Part shown: piece after piece, positions 41,038 to 49,453 of the stretch
Layout of the letters: every line of letters begins with the position of its first letter
Position numbering within the stretch: the first letter of the stretch is position 1
Assembly (NCBI GenBank): GCA_963665115.1
Contig: OY762007.1
Span: 1,344,001 to 1,408,000, forward strand
Reading direction: 5' to 3'
DNA: 64,000 bases
DNA from: an uncultured Rivularia sp.
GTDB taxonomy: Bacteria; Cyanobacteriota; Cyanobacteriia; Cyanobacteriales; Nostocaceae
Position numbers and translations under genes: made by a program
The notes under the pieces: model-generated
The model's database searches: none
Seen by the model: the letters and a program-made list of their open reading frames with translations, nothing else
Told to the model about the DNA's origin: nothing

Positions 41038-41351
41038 TATTGTTTAACAGTTCCAATTGATCCTAAAACAGAATAATAATGTTCTACTTCGGGAAATGGT
41101 TCGTAAAAATGATGTAAAAGTTGTTTCCATTCTTGATATTCTGGTGATTTCCTAAAACCGACGGTATGAGCTTCTAAAGTTTCCCAACGAGCAAGCAGAA
41201 TATAACGATTTGGGACTTCGATGCATTTTTGTAATTCATGAGATATGTATCCCGGCATTGAAGAGATGATTTTAGAAGCTTGTTTGAATGCTGCTTCAAA
41301 TTCATCGGACATACCGTCTTTTACATCTAAAATTGCGACTTCGAGAATCAT
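41037..41351 (-). CDS. antibiotic biosynthesis monooxygenase (ABM) family protein
   Basis: [45 protein letters not shown]. Confidence 0.9.
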   Translation of the reverse strand: MILEVAILDVKDGMSDEFEAAFKQASKIISSMPGYISHELQKCIEVPNRYILLARWETLEAHTVGFRKSPEYQEWKQLLHHFYEPFPEVEHYYSVLGSIGTVKQ

Positions 41352-41375
41352 TTGTTTATAGGTTGTTGAATCAAT

Positions 41376-41433
41376 AATCCACGATGGGTTGCAAACCCAT
41401 AGCTAATAGCTGGAGTCATCTAAAGATGACTGA
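41376..41433. repeat. 58-bp two-hairpin dispersed repeat, copy 1
   Basis: ATGGGTT-GCA-AACCCAT and AGTCATCT-AA-AGATGACT; second copy at 42160. Confidence 0.75.
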
Positions 41434-41460
41434 TAAAAAACTATTTAAGGTAATTTAAAA

Positions 41461-42114
41461 ATGACAGAATTAACTTTGGTAATTGGCAATAAAAATTATT
41501 CTTCTTGGTCGCTGCGTCCTTGGCTGGCGATGAAACAGAATGGTTTACAATTCAAAGAGATTCGTATTCCTCTTTACGCTCCAGAATCAAAACAAAAACT
41601 TCAACAATATACGCCTTCTGGTAAAATACCCGTTTTATTGTACGACAGTCAAACTATATGGGAATCGCTGGCTATTTTGGAATATTTAACAGAAGAATTC
41701 TCCGATTTACATTGGTATCCAGAAGATAAAACTGCAAAAACTATAGCACGTTCTATCAGCGCCGAAATGCACGGAGGTTTTCACAAATTACGCGAAAATA
41801 TGCCGATGAATTGCCGTGCAAAATATCCAGGGAAAGGTATGGCTTTAGGGGTACAAAAAGATATTGACCGGATTACAGAAATTTGGCAAGAGTGTCGGCA
41901 AAAGTTTGGCGATCGCGGTGATATGTTGTTTGGTAAATTTACAATTGCGGATGCGATGTACGCACCTGTAGTGATGCGGTTTATTACTTACGGTGTGGAA
42001 GTGGATAAAGTTTGTGGGGATTATATGGAAGCAGTTTTGGCGCTTCCGGCAATGCAGGAATGGGTGAAAGCGGGTGAGGAGGAAGAGGAAGTTATTAAGG
42101 AGAATGAGTTTTGA
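41461..42114 (+). CDS. glutathione S-transferase family protein
   Basis: GNKNYSSWSLRPW, PSGKIPVL, WESLAILEYL, SAEMHGGF, FTIADAMYAP. Confidence 0.93.
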   Translation: MTELTLVIGNKNYSSWSLRPWLAMKQNGLQFKEIRIPLYAPESKQKLQQYTPSGKIPVLLYDSQTIWESLAILEYLTEEFSDLHWYPEDKTAKTIARSISAEMHGGFHKLRENMPMNCRAKYPGKGMALGVQKDIDRITEIWQECRQKFGDRGDMLFGKFTIADAMYAPVVMRFITYGVEVDKVCGDYMEAVLALPAMQEWVKAGEEEEEVIKENEF

Positions 42115-42159
42115 TTGGTAATTTGTAGGCTTATAAGTAAAGTTATAAGTTAAATCACC

Positions 42160-42217
42160 AATCCGCCAAGGAATGTAATTCCCTGTCTAATAGTTTAAGT
42201 CATCTAAAGATGACTGA
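42160..42217. repeat. 58-bp two-hairpin dispersed repeat, copy 2
   Basis: GGAAT-GTA-ATTCC and the identical 20-mer AGTCATCTAAAGATGACTGA. Confidence 0.75.
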
Positions 42218-42326
42218 GAAACGGTAAAGTTTATAAACCCGGTTTTTTCAAAAAACCAGGTTTCCGATCATCTGAAATTTTTACAAACGATATAAAATTA
42301 TTTTTAAAAATCTTTGAGAATAAGAT

Positions 42327-42394
42327 GGTGCGTTACGGCATTATCAAACATATAATTTAAAACGATACATATTAAAGCCGTAACAGCACCCTAC
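42327..42394. repeat. REP-like inverted repeat with GTAG foot
   Basis: GGTGCGTTACGGC / GCCGTAACAGCACC-CTAC; the foot supplies the TAG stop of the Uma2 gene. Confidence 0.65.
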
Positions 42395-42969
42395 AAATCA
42401 TGTTTCGCTGGAATTTTAGCTTTTTTAAACACTGCCTCAACGCTGAATTCTAAACCTTCAAATAACGAATCAGTTATTACTTCATCGCCTCTATAAATCT
42501 TCAGTGCTTCATCTGGGTAAAAAATTGTAATACTTCTGTCTTCAATGTCTACTACCCAAACCCTTAATACTCCAGTATTTAAATAATCTCTTGCTTTACC
42601 TGCCATTTGTCCAAAGGTTTGCCCAGGTGAGATAATTTCAATAGCTAAATCTGGTGCAATCGGACAAGCTTCATTTTCATTCCAGTCATCTGGTAAACGT
42701 TGATAAGAAATATAGAGTAAATCTGGAGTTGGAACCCAATCGCGTCCATTACGGGTTAATTTAATTGCTAATTCGGGACATACTTCTCCTTTCTCTTCAC
42801 ACCATGCATCAATTAAGAAAAGAAAAGCGCGGGTAAGTTTAGCGTGAAAAAATTTTGGTGAAATTTTAGGAATTGCTTTTCCATCAACGAGTTCATAAGT
42901 GATATCTCCTTCACCAGGAGGAAGATTGAAAAACTCTTCAAGGGTTAATTGCTGGTTTTGAACTACCAT
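42391..42969 (-). CDS. Uma2 family PD-(D/E)xK endonuclease-like protein
   Basis: LTLEEF, YELVDG, PDLLY, PDLAIEIISP, GVLRVWVVD. Confidence 0.9.
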   Translation of the reverse strand: MVVQNQQLTLEEFFNLPPGEGDITYELVDGKAIPKISPKFFHAKLTRAFLFLIDAWCEEKGEVCPELAIKLTRNGRDWVPTPDLLYISYQRLPDDWNENEACPIAPDLAIEIISPGQTFGQMAGKARDYLNTGVLRVWVVDIEDRSITIFYPDEALKIYRGDEVITDSLFEGLEFSVEAVFKKAKIPAKHDL

Positions 42970-43081
42970 AATTTAAGAGTTAGGAGTTAGGAATTAAAAG
43001 TTATTAATGTAGTGCGTTAACGAAGTGTGTCCGCAAGGACATGCATCTTGCTCGCTATGGTAGCAACAGATCAAAAATACA

Positions 43082-43637
43082 TTAAATTATTTCACTCAAA
43101 GGAGTCGCTAAACCATCAATGCTAACCATATTTTTCTGTTGATGATATTCTTTAATTCCTTCTTCTCCTTTTTTAGCAGCCCATTTAACTAAATTTTCTC
43201 GCTGCTCCTGATATTCATACAAAGGTACGCTCATCCCACATGAAGTTTGCACTCTTTCAATATCAGCTACTATTATTTGACGGGTTTCCCGGTATTTCGG
43301 AAAATTGCGAATATAAAGATTCCCATTCTAAATTGTTAGGTAAAATAGTTTTTCCGGTACCGTAAAGACGCAGAATAGACGGCGCTCCTTCAAAAGCGCA
43401 AAACATAATAGTAATTCGTCCGTTTTCTTGTAAATGCGCTGATGTTTCGTTCCCGCTTCCTGTTAAATCTAGATAAGCAACTTTGTGTGCTGAAAGAATA
43501 CGAAAACTCTCTAATCCTTTAGGAGAAAGGTTTACGTGTCCGTTGGAATCTAAAGGTGCAGTACCAACAAAGAACATATGCTGGTTTGCAATAAATTTTT
43601 GTAATTCTTCGGTGATTGATTCAAATAATTTAGCCAT
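43082..43637 (-). CDS. pyridoxamine 5'-phosphate oxidase family protein (+1 frameshift at ~43282-43290)
   Basis: HMFFVGTAP, NLSPKG, LDLTGSGNETSAH; continues TRQIIVADIERVQTSCGMSVP...SIDGL in the shifted frame. Confidence 0.85.
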
Positions 43638-43702
43638 TTTCAGTTAACAGTGAACAATTATCAATTATCAATTATCAATTATCAAAGGAACTATAAACAA
43701 AA

Positions 43703-43729
43703 TGAACCGCAACTTTTCGTCACGGTTCA
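43703..43729 (-). terminator. probable intrinsic terminator after the ferrochelatase-like gene
   Basis: TGAACCG/CGGTTCA stem followed on the minus strand by TTTTGTTT. Confidence 0.5.
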
Positions 43730-43845
43730 CTTTGCTTAATATGGGAGAAAATAAAGAACAGAAAAGGGAAAGGCAATTTAAGCTTTAAATATTTTTCAAT
43801 GCCCCATGCCCTATGCCCAATGCCCAATTCTCTATTCCCCAATTC

Positions 43846-44961
43846 TTAATGATGATGGTGATGATGAGCTACAGCTTGGGAAGGATTAACTGCTGTTGCT
43901 TCTTCTGCCAATAACTCTTCGATATGAGAGTCAGCCCATTCAGCAGCCATAATCATGAATTCATGATGATCGTTGGCGCATTCCATCTGAATGCAGTTTA
44001 AATCCTTATGCTTTTTCTCAAGGTTATGAATAATATGATGTACGTCTAAGAGGGTTTCGTGATTTTCTGTAGCAAACCCGATAGGCATAAATACTATTGC
44101 TTTTGCACCTATTTGAATCAGGTTTTTAGCAGCTTGCTCGGCGTTAGGTTGAGTCCATTCAATCAAAGGTGTGTCGTGATTGAGCCAACCTACAGAAATT
44201 AATGGGTAACGGTTGATTAATTCTTCGCGTGTCAAATCATAAAGTATCTGAGATTCGGTAATACCGGAAGTGAATCCTTTGGCTTTGTGGGGACAACCAT
44301 GATTCATCAATACAATACCAATTTCCGAAGGCAGGTAAGCGCTAGCTAATTCTGCTGCGATCTTTTCTTCTACAAGCTTCGCCAACAACTTGATGTATTT
44401 GGGTTCGTTGTAGAAAGTAGGAATGTAGCGCTGTGATTTTAGCCAATGCTCTTCACCATCAGCCATTTGGGATAAGCCTTTATTAACTTGTTCTAGAGCG
44501 ATACCGCTGGTAAAGATAGAATCAACTACTAATAATGGATAAATGAGCAGTTTATCAAAGCCTTGATTATGGATTTCGGCTAAGACTTGATGGGGAAGAT
44601 GGGGAGCGCAGAAGTTGAAAGCTTTGAAAACCTGGACTTTATCGCCCCATTTTTCTTGTAGTTGCTGTTCAATTCCAGCGCGTTGCTTTTCAAAGATGGC
44701 GTTGTGGGGTGAAATGAAATTATCGTGTGTATGTCCCCACTCGTGAAGATCGAATATCGCCAGCATCTTTGCTAGAGGTGGGTAAATCCAGGTTGGTACT
44801 GGTGCAAACTTTGCTGTAAGTAGATTCAAAGCTTGCTCGTTATAGTTAGCAAAATCTTCGTAGCTTTCTACTTCACCGTAGCCCATAAGTAGGACGGCAA
44901 CTCGATTTTGCTTTGGTAGATGCTCGTGAGTATGTTCGATTTTTTCTGGTGTAGCAACCAC
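43846..44961 (-). CDS. ferrochelatase (HemH)-family paralog with His-rich termini
   Basis: VAVLLMGYGE, LLIYPL, VLMNHGCP, WTQP, PIGFATENHETL; ends AHHHHHH; no CAB domain. Confidence 0.8.
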   Translation of the reverse strand: MVATPEKIEHTHEHLPKQNRVAVLLMGYGEVESYEDFANYNEQALNLLTAKFAPVPTWIYPPLAKMLAIFDLHEWGHTHDNFISPHNAIFEKQRAGIEQQLQEKWGDKVQVFKAFNFCAPHLPHQVLAEIHNQGFDKLLIYPLLVVDSIFTSGIALEQVNKGLSQMADGEEHWLKSQRYIPTFYNEPKYIKLLAKLVEEKIAAELASAYLPSEIGIVLMNHGCPHKAKGFTSGITESQILYDLTREELINRYPLISVGWLNHDTPLIEWTQPNAEQAAKNLIQIGAKAIVFMPIGFATENHETLLDVHHIIHNLEKKHKDLNCIQMECANDHHEFMIMAAEWADSHIEELLAEEATAVNPSQAVAHHHHHH

Positions 44962-45301
44962 AATTAATTCCTCTGTGCAACCTTGGTGAGCGTTTTATTA
45001 CTCCAGTGTAGATAATTATCCCACCCTGGGGGATATGATATCCAAAAATTATACATTTAAAGTTTTAATTACATACCCCTTTATCTTTCGATAACAAAAT
45101 TTACGTTTTTGTCTTTAACCGTAATATTAAGCGATCGCTGTAGACTAAATTATTCTCTGAATAGATTTAAAATGAATAGATAATAAAAAATTATAGATGT
45201 CAAAAAGAATTATTTTTCTTAGTCCTTTTTTAAATAAAAGTTATATCTATGACTGTCTAAACTGTAAAGCGGTCAACTTGTAAATTCGTTAGTTAAAACC
45301 G

Positions 45302-45868
45302 ATGAACGTAATTATTTGTCCTGGAATTCACGAATCTAGCTTGACTAAAAGCTTTATCAAAAGTTTACTAGAAGCAAATTATCATAGCTCGTTGAATAAA
45401 ATGTCAGTGAATATACTGGAATTCCCGGCAAATAATCTATCTGCTTTGTCCGGATTTCATATCTGGCAGTTTTTACGCGACAGTTTAGCTCCGGAGCTAA
45501 AATCACCTGTTGTATTCATTGGCTTCAGTGCTGGTGTCGTTGGAGCTATTACTGCTGCTAGTTTATGGCAAATTTTCGGAGGTAATGTTAAGGCTTTTAT
45601 TGCTATAGATGGATGGATGGTACCTTTGAGCGGTAATTTCCCTATCCATCGGATGAGTCACGATTACTTCACCCACTGGAGTTCTTGCTTGCTTGGTAGC
45701 AGTCATAATAACTTTTATGCACAACCAGCCGTGGAACATTTAGAATTATGGCGATCGCCTTCATCTGTCGAGGGTTATCTAGTAGATTCACCGTTAGAAG
45801 AATTACCATTATCCTTAACTGCGGCTGAATTTATCAAAATATTATTACAACGTTATGAAGAAATTTAA
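45302..45868 (+). CDS. alpha/beta-hydrolase-like hypothetical protein
   Basis: IICPGIH, FIGFSAGVVGA (G-x-S-x-G), AIDGW, SHDYFTHWS. Confidence 0.75.
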   Translation: MNVIICPGIHESSLTKSFIKSLLEANYHSSLNKMSVNILEFPANNLSALSGFHIWQFLRDSLAPELKSPVVFIGFSAGVVGAITAASLWQIFGGNVKAFIAIDGWMVPLSGNFPIHRMSHDYFTHWSSCLLGSSHNNFYAQPAVEHLELWRSPSSVEGYLVDSPLEELPLSLTAAEFIKILLQRYEEI

Positions 45869-45926
45869 TCCGGAAAAGCTTGAATATAAACGGGAGGAGA
45901 ATTTATAAGAGATAACAGTTAGGGGT

Positions 45927-45951
45927 GTAGAGACGTAGCAGTGCTACGTCT
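45927..45951. repeat. REP-like palindrome with GTAG foot
   Basis: GTAG AGACGTAGCA G TGCTACGTCT; related copy at 47525-47556. Confidence 0.7.
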
Positions 45952-46022
45952 GTTAAGAGTTAAAAGTTAAAAATAGAATTTATAGCTCTCGTCCTTATAA
46001 TTTATAGTTATTCTAATAAACC

Positions 46023-46076
46023 GTAGTGGGAGCCAGGAAGCTTCGTCCAAGCTAGGGTTCGAGACGCTCCCACTAC
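46023..46076. repeat. REPIN-like doublet with 11-bp perfect terminal inverted repeats
   Basis: GTAGTGGGAGC ... GCTCCCACTAC. Confidence 0.65.
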
Positions 46077-46216
46077 CGTGAGAAGTACAAACGCAATTTA
46101 CCGAAAATGTACAAATGTCAATATAGCTCACAATTCCTAACTCCTAACTCTCAACTCCTAACTCTTACCTCCCTGCTTACTCTCTCGATAACGCAGTCAC
46201 TAACCCCCATCTAAGA

Positions 46217-47476
46217 ATGTTTCCAACTGAACCTGCTGCTGTTAATAAAGGATTTAGTGCGGTACTCAGAAACCGCAATTTCATGCTGGTATGGATCGGA
46301 CAAATCATTTGTCAGCTAGCAGACAAAATATTTTTCGTGTTGACAATTGCACTACTTGCAAAGTACCCACTTGCAGCAGGTGTAGTTGAAGATGGTAGAC
46401 GTGCGGATTTGTTTCTGGCGTTTACTTTACCAGCGATTTTACTTGGCTCGCTAGGCGGTATCATTGTTGACCGCTTCCCCAAAAAGCCGATTATGATTGG
46501 CTCGGATTTGCTGCGAGGAGCTTTGACTATAGCAATTCCATTTTTACCAAGAGAGTTTTTGATTTTATTAGCAATCACTTTTGCTAACTCCGTAATTGTG
46601 CAATTTTTCGCGCCAGCAGAGCAAGCTGCTATACCAATTTTGGTGAAGCAACAAAATCTGATGGCTGCCAATGCACTATTTACAAGTACCATGATGGGTG
46701 CTATAATAATAGGCTTTGCAATAGGCGACCCTTTATTAAATTTAGGTCAAAGTTGGTTTGGGGAAAGATACGGACAAGAGTTTATTGTGGGTGGACTATA
46801 TCTACTTTCCTCGCTGATAAAAATACCCGCAAAGTTAAAAAGCCCGAAACGCATTAGCGAAAAAGAAAAAGTTAACCCCTTGGCGGAATTTAAAGAGTGC
46901 TTGCGCTATCTGAAGAAAAAGCGCTTAATCATGAACGCGATGGTTCAATTGACTGCTTTGTATTGTGTTTTTGCTTCCTTAGTTGCATTATCGATTCGAT
47001 TGGCAGCAAGATTTGGGTTACAAGAGAAACAATTCGGCTTCTTCCTAGCAGCAGCAGGGGTAGGAATGGTTTTAGGTGCCGGTATTTTAGGTCATTGGGG
47101 TGAAAGATTCCATCACAAACCTCTACCTTTATTCGGCTTTTTGAGCATGGCGTTTGTGTTAGCCGTGTTCACATTTATTGATAATTTGCCTATCGCTTTA
47201 GCACTGAGTGTTTTACTAGGTTTAGGTGCAGCATTAATAGCCGTACCGATGCAAACATTAATTCAACAGCAAACACCCCCAGAAATGCACGGTAAGATGT
47301 TTGGTTTTCAAAATCATGCCGTAAATATAGCTTTAACCGCACCGCTGCTAATTACCGAAAGACTGACAAATTATTTCGGTTTACGACCTGTACTTTTAGG
47401 AATAAGTTTTATAGTTGCTACTATCGGTATTTGGGCTTGGCACAGTACTCGAAAAGTTTTGAAAGATGTGATTTAG
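46217..47476 (+). CDS. MFS transporter
   Basis: NRNFMLVWIGQ, GIIVDRFPKK motif A, FFAPAEQAAIP, about 12 TM. Confidence 0.9.
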   Translation: MFPTEPAAVNKGFSAVLRNRNFMLVWIGQIICQLADKIFFVLTIALLAKYPLAAGVVEDGRRADLFLAFTLPAILLGSLGGIIVDRFPKKPIMIGSDLLRGALTIAIPFLPREFLILLAITFANSVIVQFFAPAEQAAIPILVKQQNLMAANALFTSTMMGAIIIGFAIGDPLLNLGQSWFGERYGQEFIVGGLYLLSSLIKIPAKLKSPKRISEKEKVNPLAEFKECLRYLKKKRLIMNAMVQLTALYCVFASLVALSIRLAARFGLQEKQFGFFLAAAGVGMVLGAGILGHWGERFHHKPLPLFGFLSMAFVLAVFTFIDNLPIALALSVLLGLGAALIAVPMQTLIQQQTPPEMHGKMFGFQNHAVNIALTAPLLITERLTNYFGLRPVLLGISFIVATIGIWAWHSTRKVLKDVI

Positions 47477-47684
47477 AAATTGGGCATTGGACATGGGAAA
47501 TTGGGGATTGGGTGAGAAAAAAGTGTAGAGACGGCGCGTACAATGCAACGTCTCTAGGAAGTAAAATCAAGAATTGCATTTTTTATCAAGCTATCCGGCT
47601 CGTACTACAAGAAGTATGGTAATTAATATATCTAAGTAAGAACAATAATACTTAGTCTAATTAAAGCTATAGGAATCAATTCTG

Positions 47685-48161
47685 ATGTCGGAAACAACTC
47701 AAACCCCAGAAAACATTTGGATTATTACTGAAGAAACTACCTCGATTATCGCTGAAGAAGATAACCAAGGTAGCCGCGATGGCACTCGCGATATTGGAGG
47801 AAGAATTGGTGCTTCAGTACCCACTCAAGACAACCGTGGTAGTCGTAATGGAAGCCGCGATATTAAAGGAATTATTGGTGGAGATACCAAAGAAATAATT
47901 ATCAAAAGAGACAAAGAAGGAATAGCTATTGTCAAAAGAAAATCCGTACAGGTAGCGAAACTCAAGCAAGAAATGAAGAATTTTATGCAGGCTATGAGAG
48001 AGATGCTTGATGAAGCAGAGGAGCCGAATTCCAAAATGCAGCTTGATGAAGTAGAGTTGTCAGTGGAAATTAATGGTGAAGGGCAAATTAGCTTGTTGGG
48101 AATTGGCGGTGGTAAAGCTGGAGGTAAAGGTGCGATGACTTTTAGGTTTAAGCGGAGATAG
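47685..48161 (+). CDS. Pepco/Trypco-like (peptidase co-occurring) domain protein
   Basis: C-terminal LDEVELSVEINGEGQISLLGIGGGKAGGKGAMTFRFKR; duplicated N-terminal GSRDGTRDIGG motif. Confidence 0.6.
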   Translation: MSETTQTPENIWIITEETTSIIAEEDNQGSRDGTRDIGGRIGASVPTQDNRGSRNGSRDIKGIIGGDTKEIIIKRDKEGIAIVKRKSVQVAKLKQEMKNFMQAMREMLDEAEEPNSKMQLDEVELSVEINGEGQISLLGIGGGKAGGKGAMTFRFKRR

Positions 48162-48201
48162 TAAAAAAAGCAAATAATAATCAAACAATAATCAAATAAA
48201 A

Positions 48202-48225
48202 TACCCCCTAAAATTAGAGGGTATA
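48202..48225. terminator. probable terminator hairpin between convergent genes
   Basis: ATACCC-CCTA-AAAT-TAGA-GGGTAT with an A-run on the left (T-tail on the minus strand). Confidence 0.45.
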
Positions 48226-48275
48226 CTGTTTGCTCGCAAATAAGATTGATAAAAAATTTTGCCTTATTCTGTTAA

Positions 48276-48980
48276 TTAACTTTTTGAATTAATTCTAAAA
48301 GTACTAGCACTTTCTTGGAACATAGATAGCTGTTTCTGAAGCTGAGATTCTGAATTCGTTACATATGTTACTGCCCAAAAACTTTGATTTTCTTTAAACA
48401 AATATGAAACTAAAATCCCTTGGACTTTATTTGTTTTCGAGTCCATAAGTTGAACCACAACTTTTCCAGCTTCGTGATTATCTAAAGAAATAACTTTTTT
48501 TTCAAGAATGATATTAGAATTATTCTGAGATGCACCCTCAGCAAAATTATCAGTAAGAAACTGAAGAGGAACAATAGCAGACCATTCCCTTTTTACAACT
48601 TCTACGTAATTGAGATACCCTTTACTTAGTTCTTTAGGATTAATAGCAAAAAGATCGCCGCTTAGTTCAAAATTATTAGTAACAAAATCGGATGGTATTC
48701 CTGCTTTTTCTATTCTTTTAAGAACCTCTTGAGGGTTTTTCTTGATATTTCCACCTTCGTAATATGACGGTAACTGTAATTCTATTCCGTCAACTTGAAA
48801 GTTCTTCCACCCCCGCTTAATTTCCCTGCTAGCAGATACTTTTGAAACTCTTCGATTGGAAGCTATAGAAACTTTCTTATCTTTTGAATTTGAAACTTGA
48901 GAATTAGCTGGTTGAACATAGCCAATTAAAGATGTAGATAGTAATATACAGGCAAAAAATAAAGGTTTTTTGATATTCAT
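48276..48980 (-). CDS. secreted hypothetical protein (PsbP/DcrB-like fold possible)
   Basis: Signal peptide; WKNFQ...IELQLP start and FWAVTY...FQESASTFRI end, a pattern typical of PsbP-like proteins. Confidence 0.6.
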   Translation of the reverse strand: MNIKKPLFFACILLSTSLIGYVQPANSQVSNSKDKKVSIASNRRVSKVSASREIKRGWKNFQVDGIELQLPSYYEGGNIKKNPQEVLKRIEKAGIPSDFVTNNFELSGDLFAINPKELSKGYLNYVEVVKREWSAIVPLQFLTDNFAEGASQNNSNIILEKKVISLDNHEAGKVVVQLMDSKTNKVQGILVSYLFKENQSFWAVTYVTNSESQLQKQLSMFQESASTFRINSKS

Positions 48981-49453
48981 TTTGATAGTTCGGTATTATT
49001 ATTCTTGCTACAAGCGTGTCACAAGCTTTTAACCAGCGACTACCGAAACATCACTATCGTTATCAACAAGTTTACGTTAAGCATACTTAGTGACTAAGTA
49101 TTTCATTCTTGAAAATAAATACTGACATTATTGCGTGAGTTGCAACGATCGTATACCGTTTAGTCCTTGCTTAATATGATTTATAGAGGCATTTTTCTTA
49201 TTCAAGATGGCACGAAAGCTAATGTACTAATGTAATGTTTAGTACTGAACGCATGAAAATGCTGAGGACTCATATGCTTTGAGTGAAAATCAATAATCAA
49301 AAACCGCTTTTTCCAAATGGTGATTAGCGACTGCTATCAATAGACTTATTTCTAAATTTGTGCATCCGGTATTAAAATGAAGTTTCAACTACATACAGAT
49401 TTTTTTTACGTTTTTACGTTTTTACGTTAAGTAGCTAACAACTGAGGTTTGCC

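Noticed and set aside
42391..42969. Uma2 gene as an active defence nuclease
   Set aside because: Uma2 paralogs are very numerous in filamentous cyanobacteria and nothing here indicates a specific system.
46021..46080. tRNA-like element (terminal stem plus GGTTCGA)
   Set aside because: No pairing T-stem, no D-arm and too short for a cloverleaf; better explained as a REP doublet.
47825..48184. 119-aa minus-strand ORF
   Set aside because: Antisense shadow of the Pepco-like gene.
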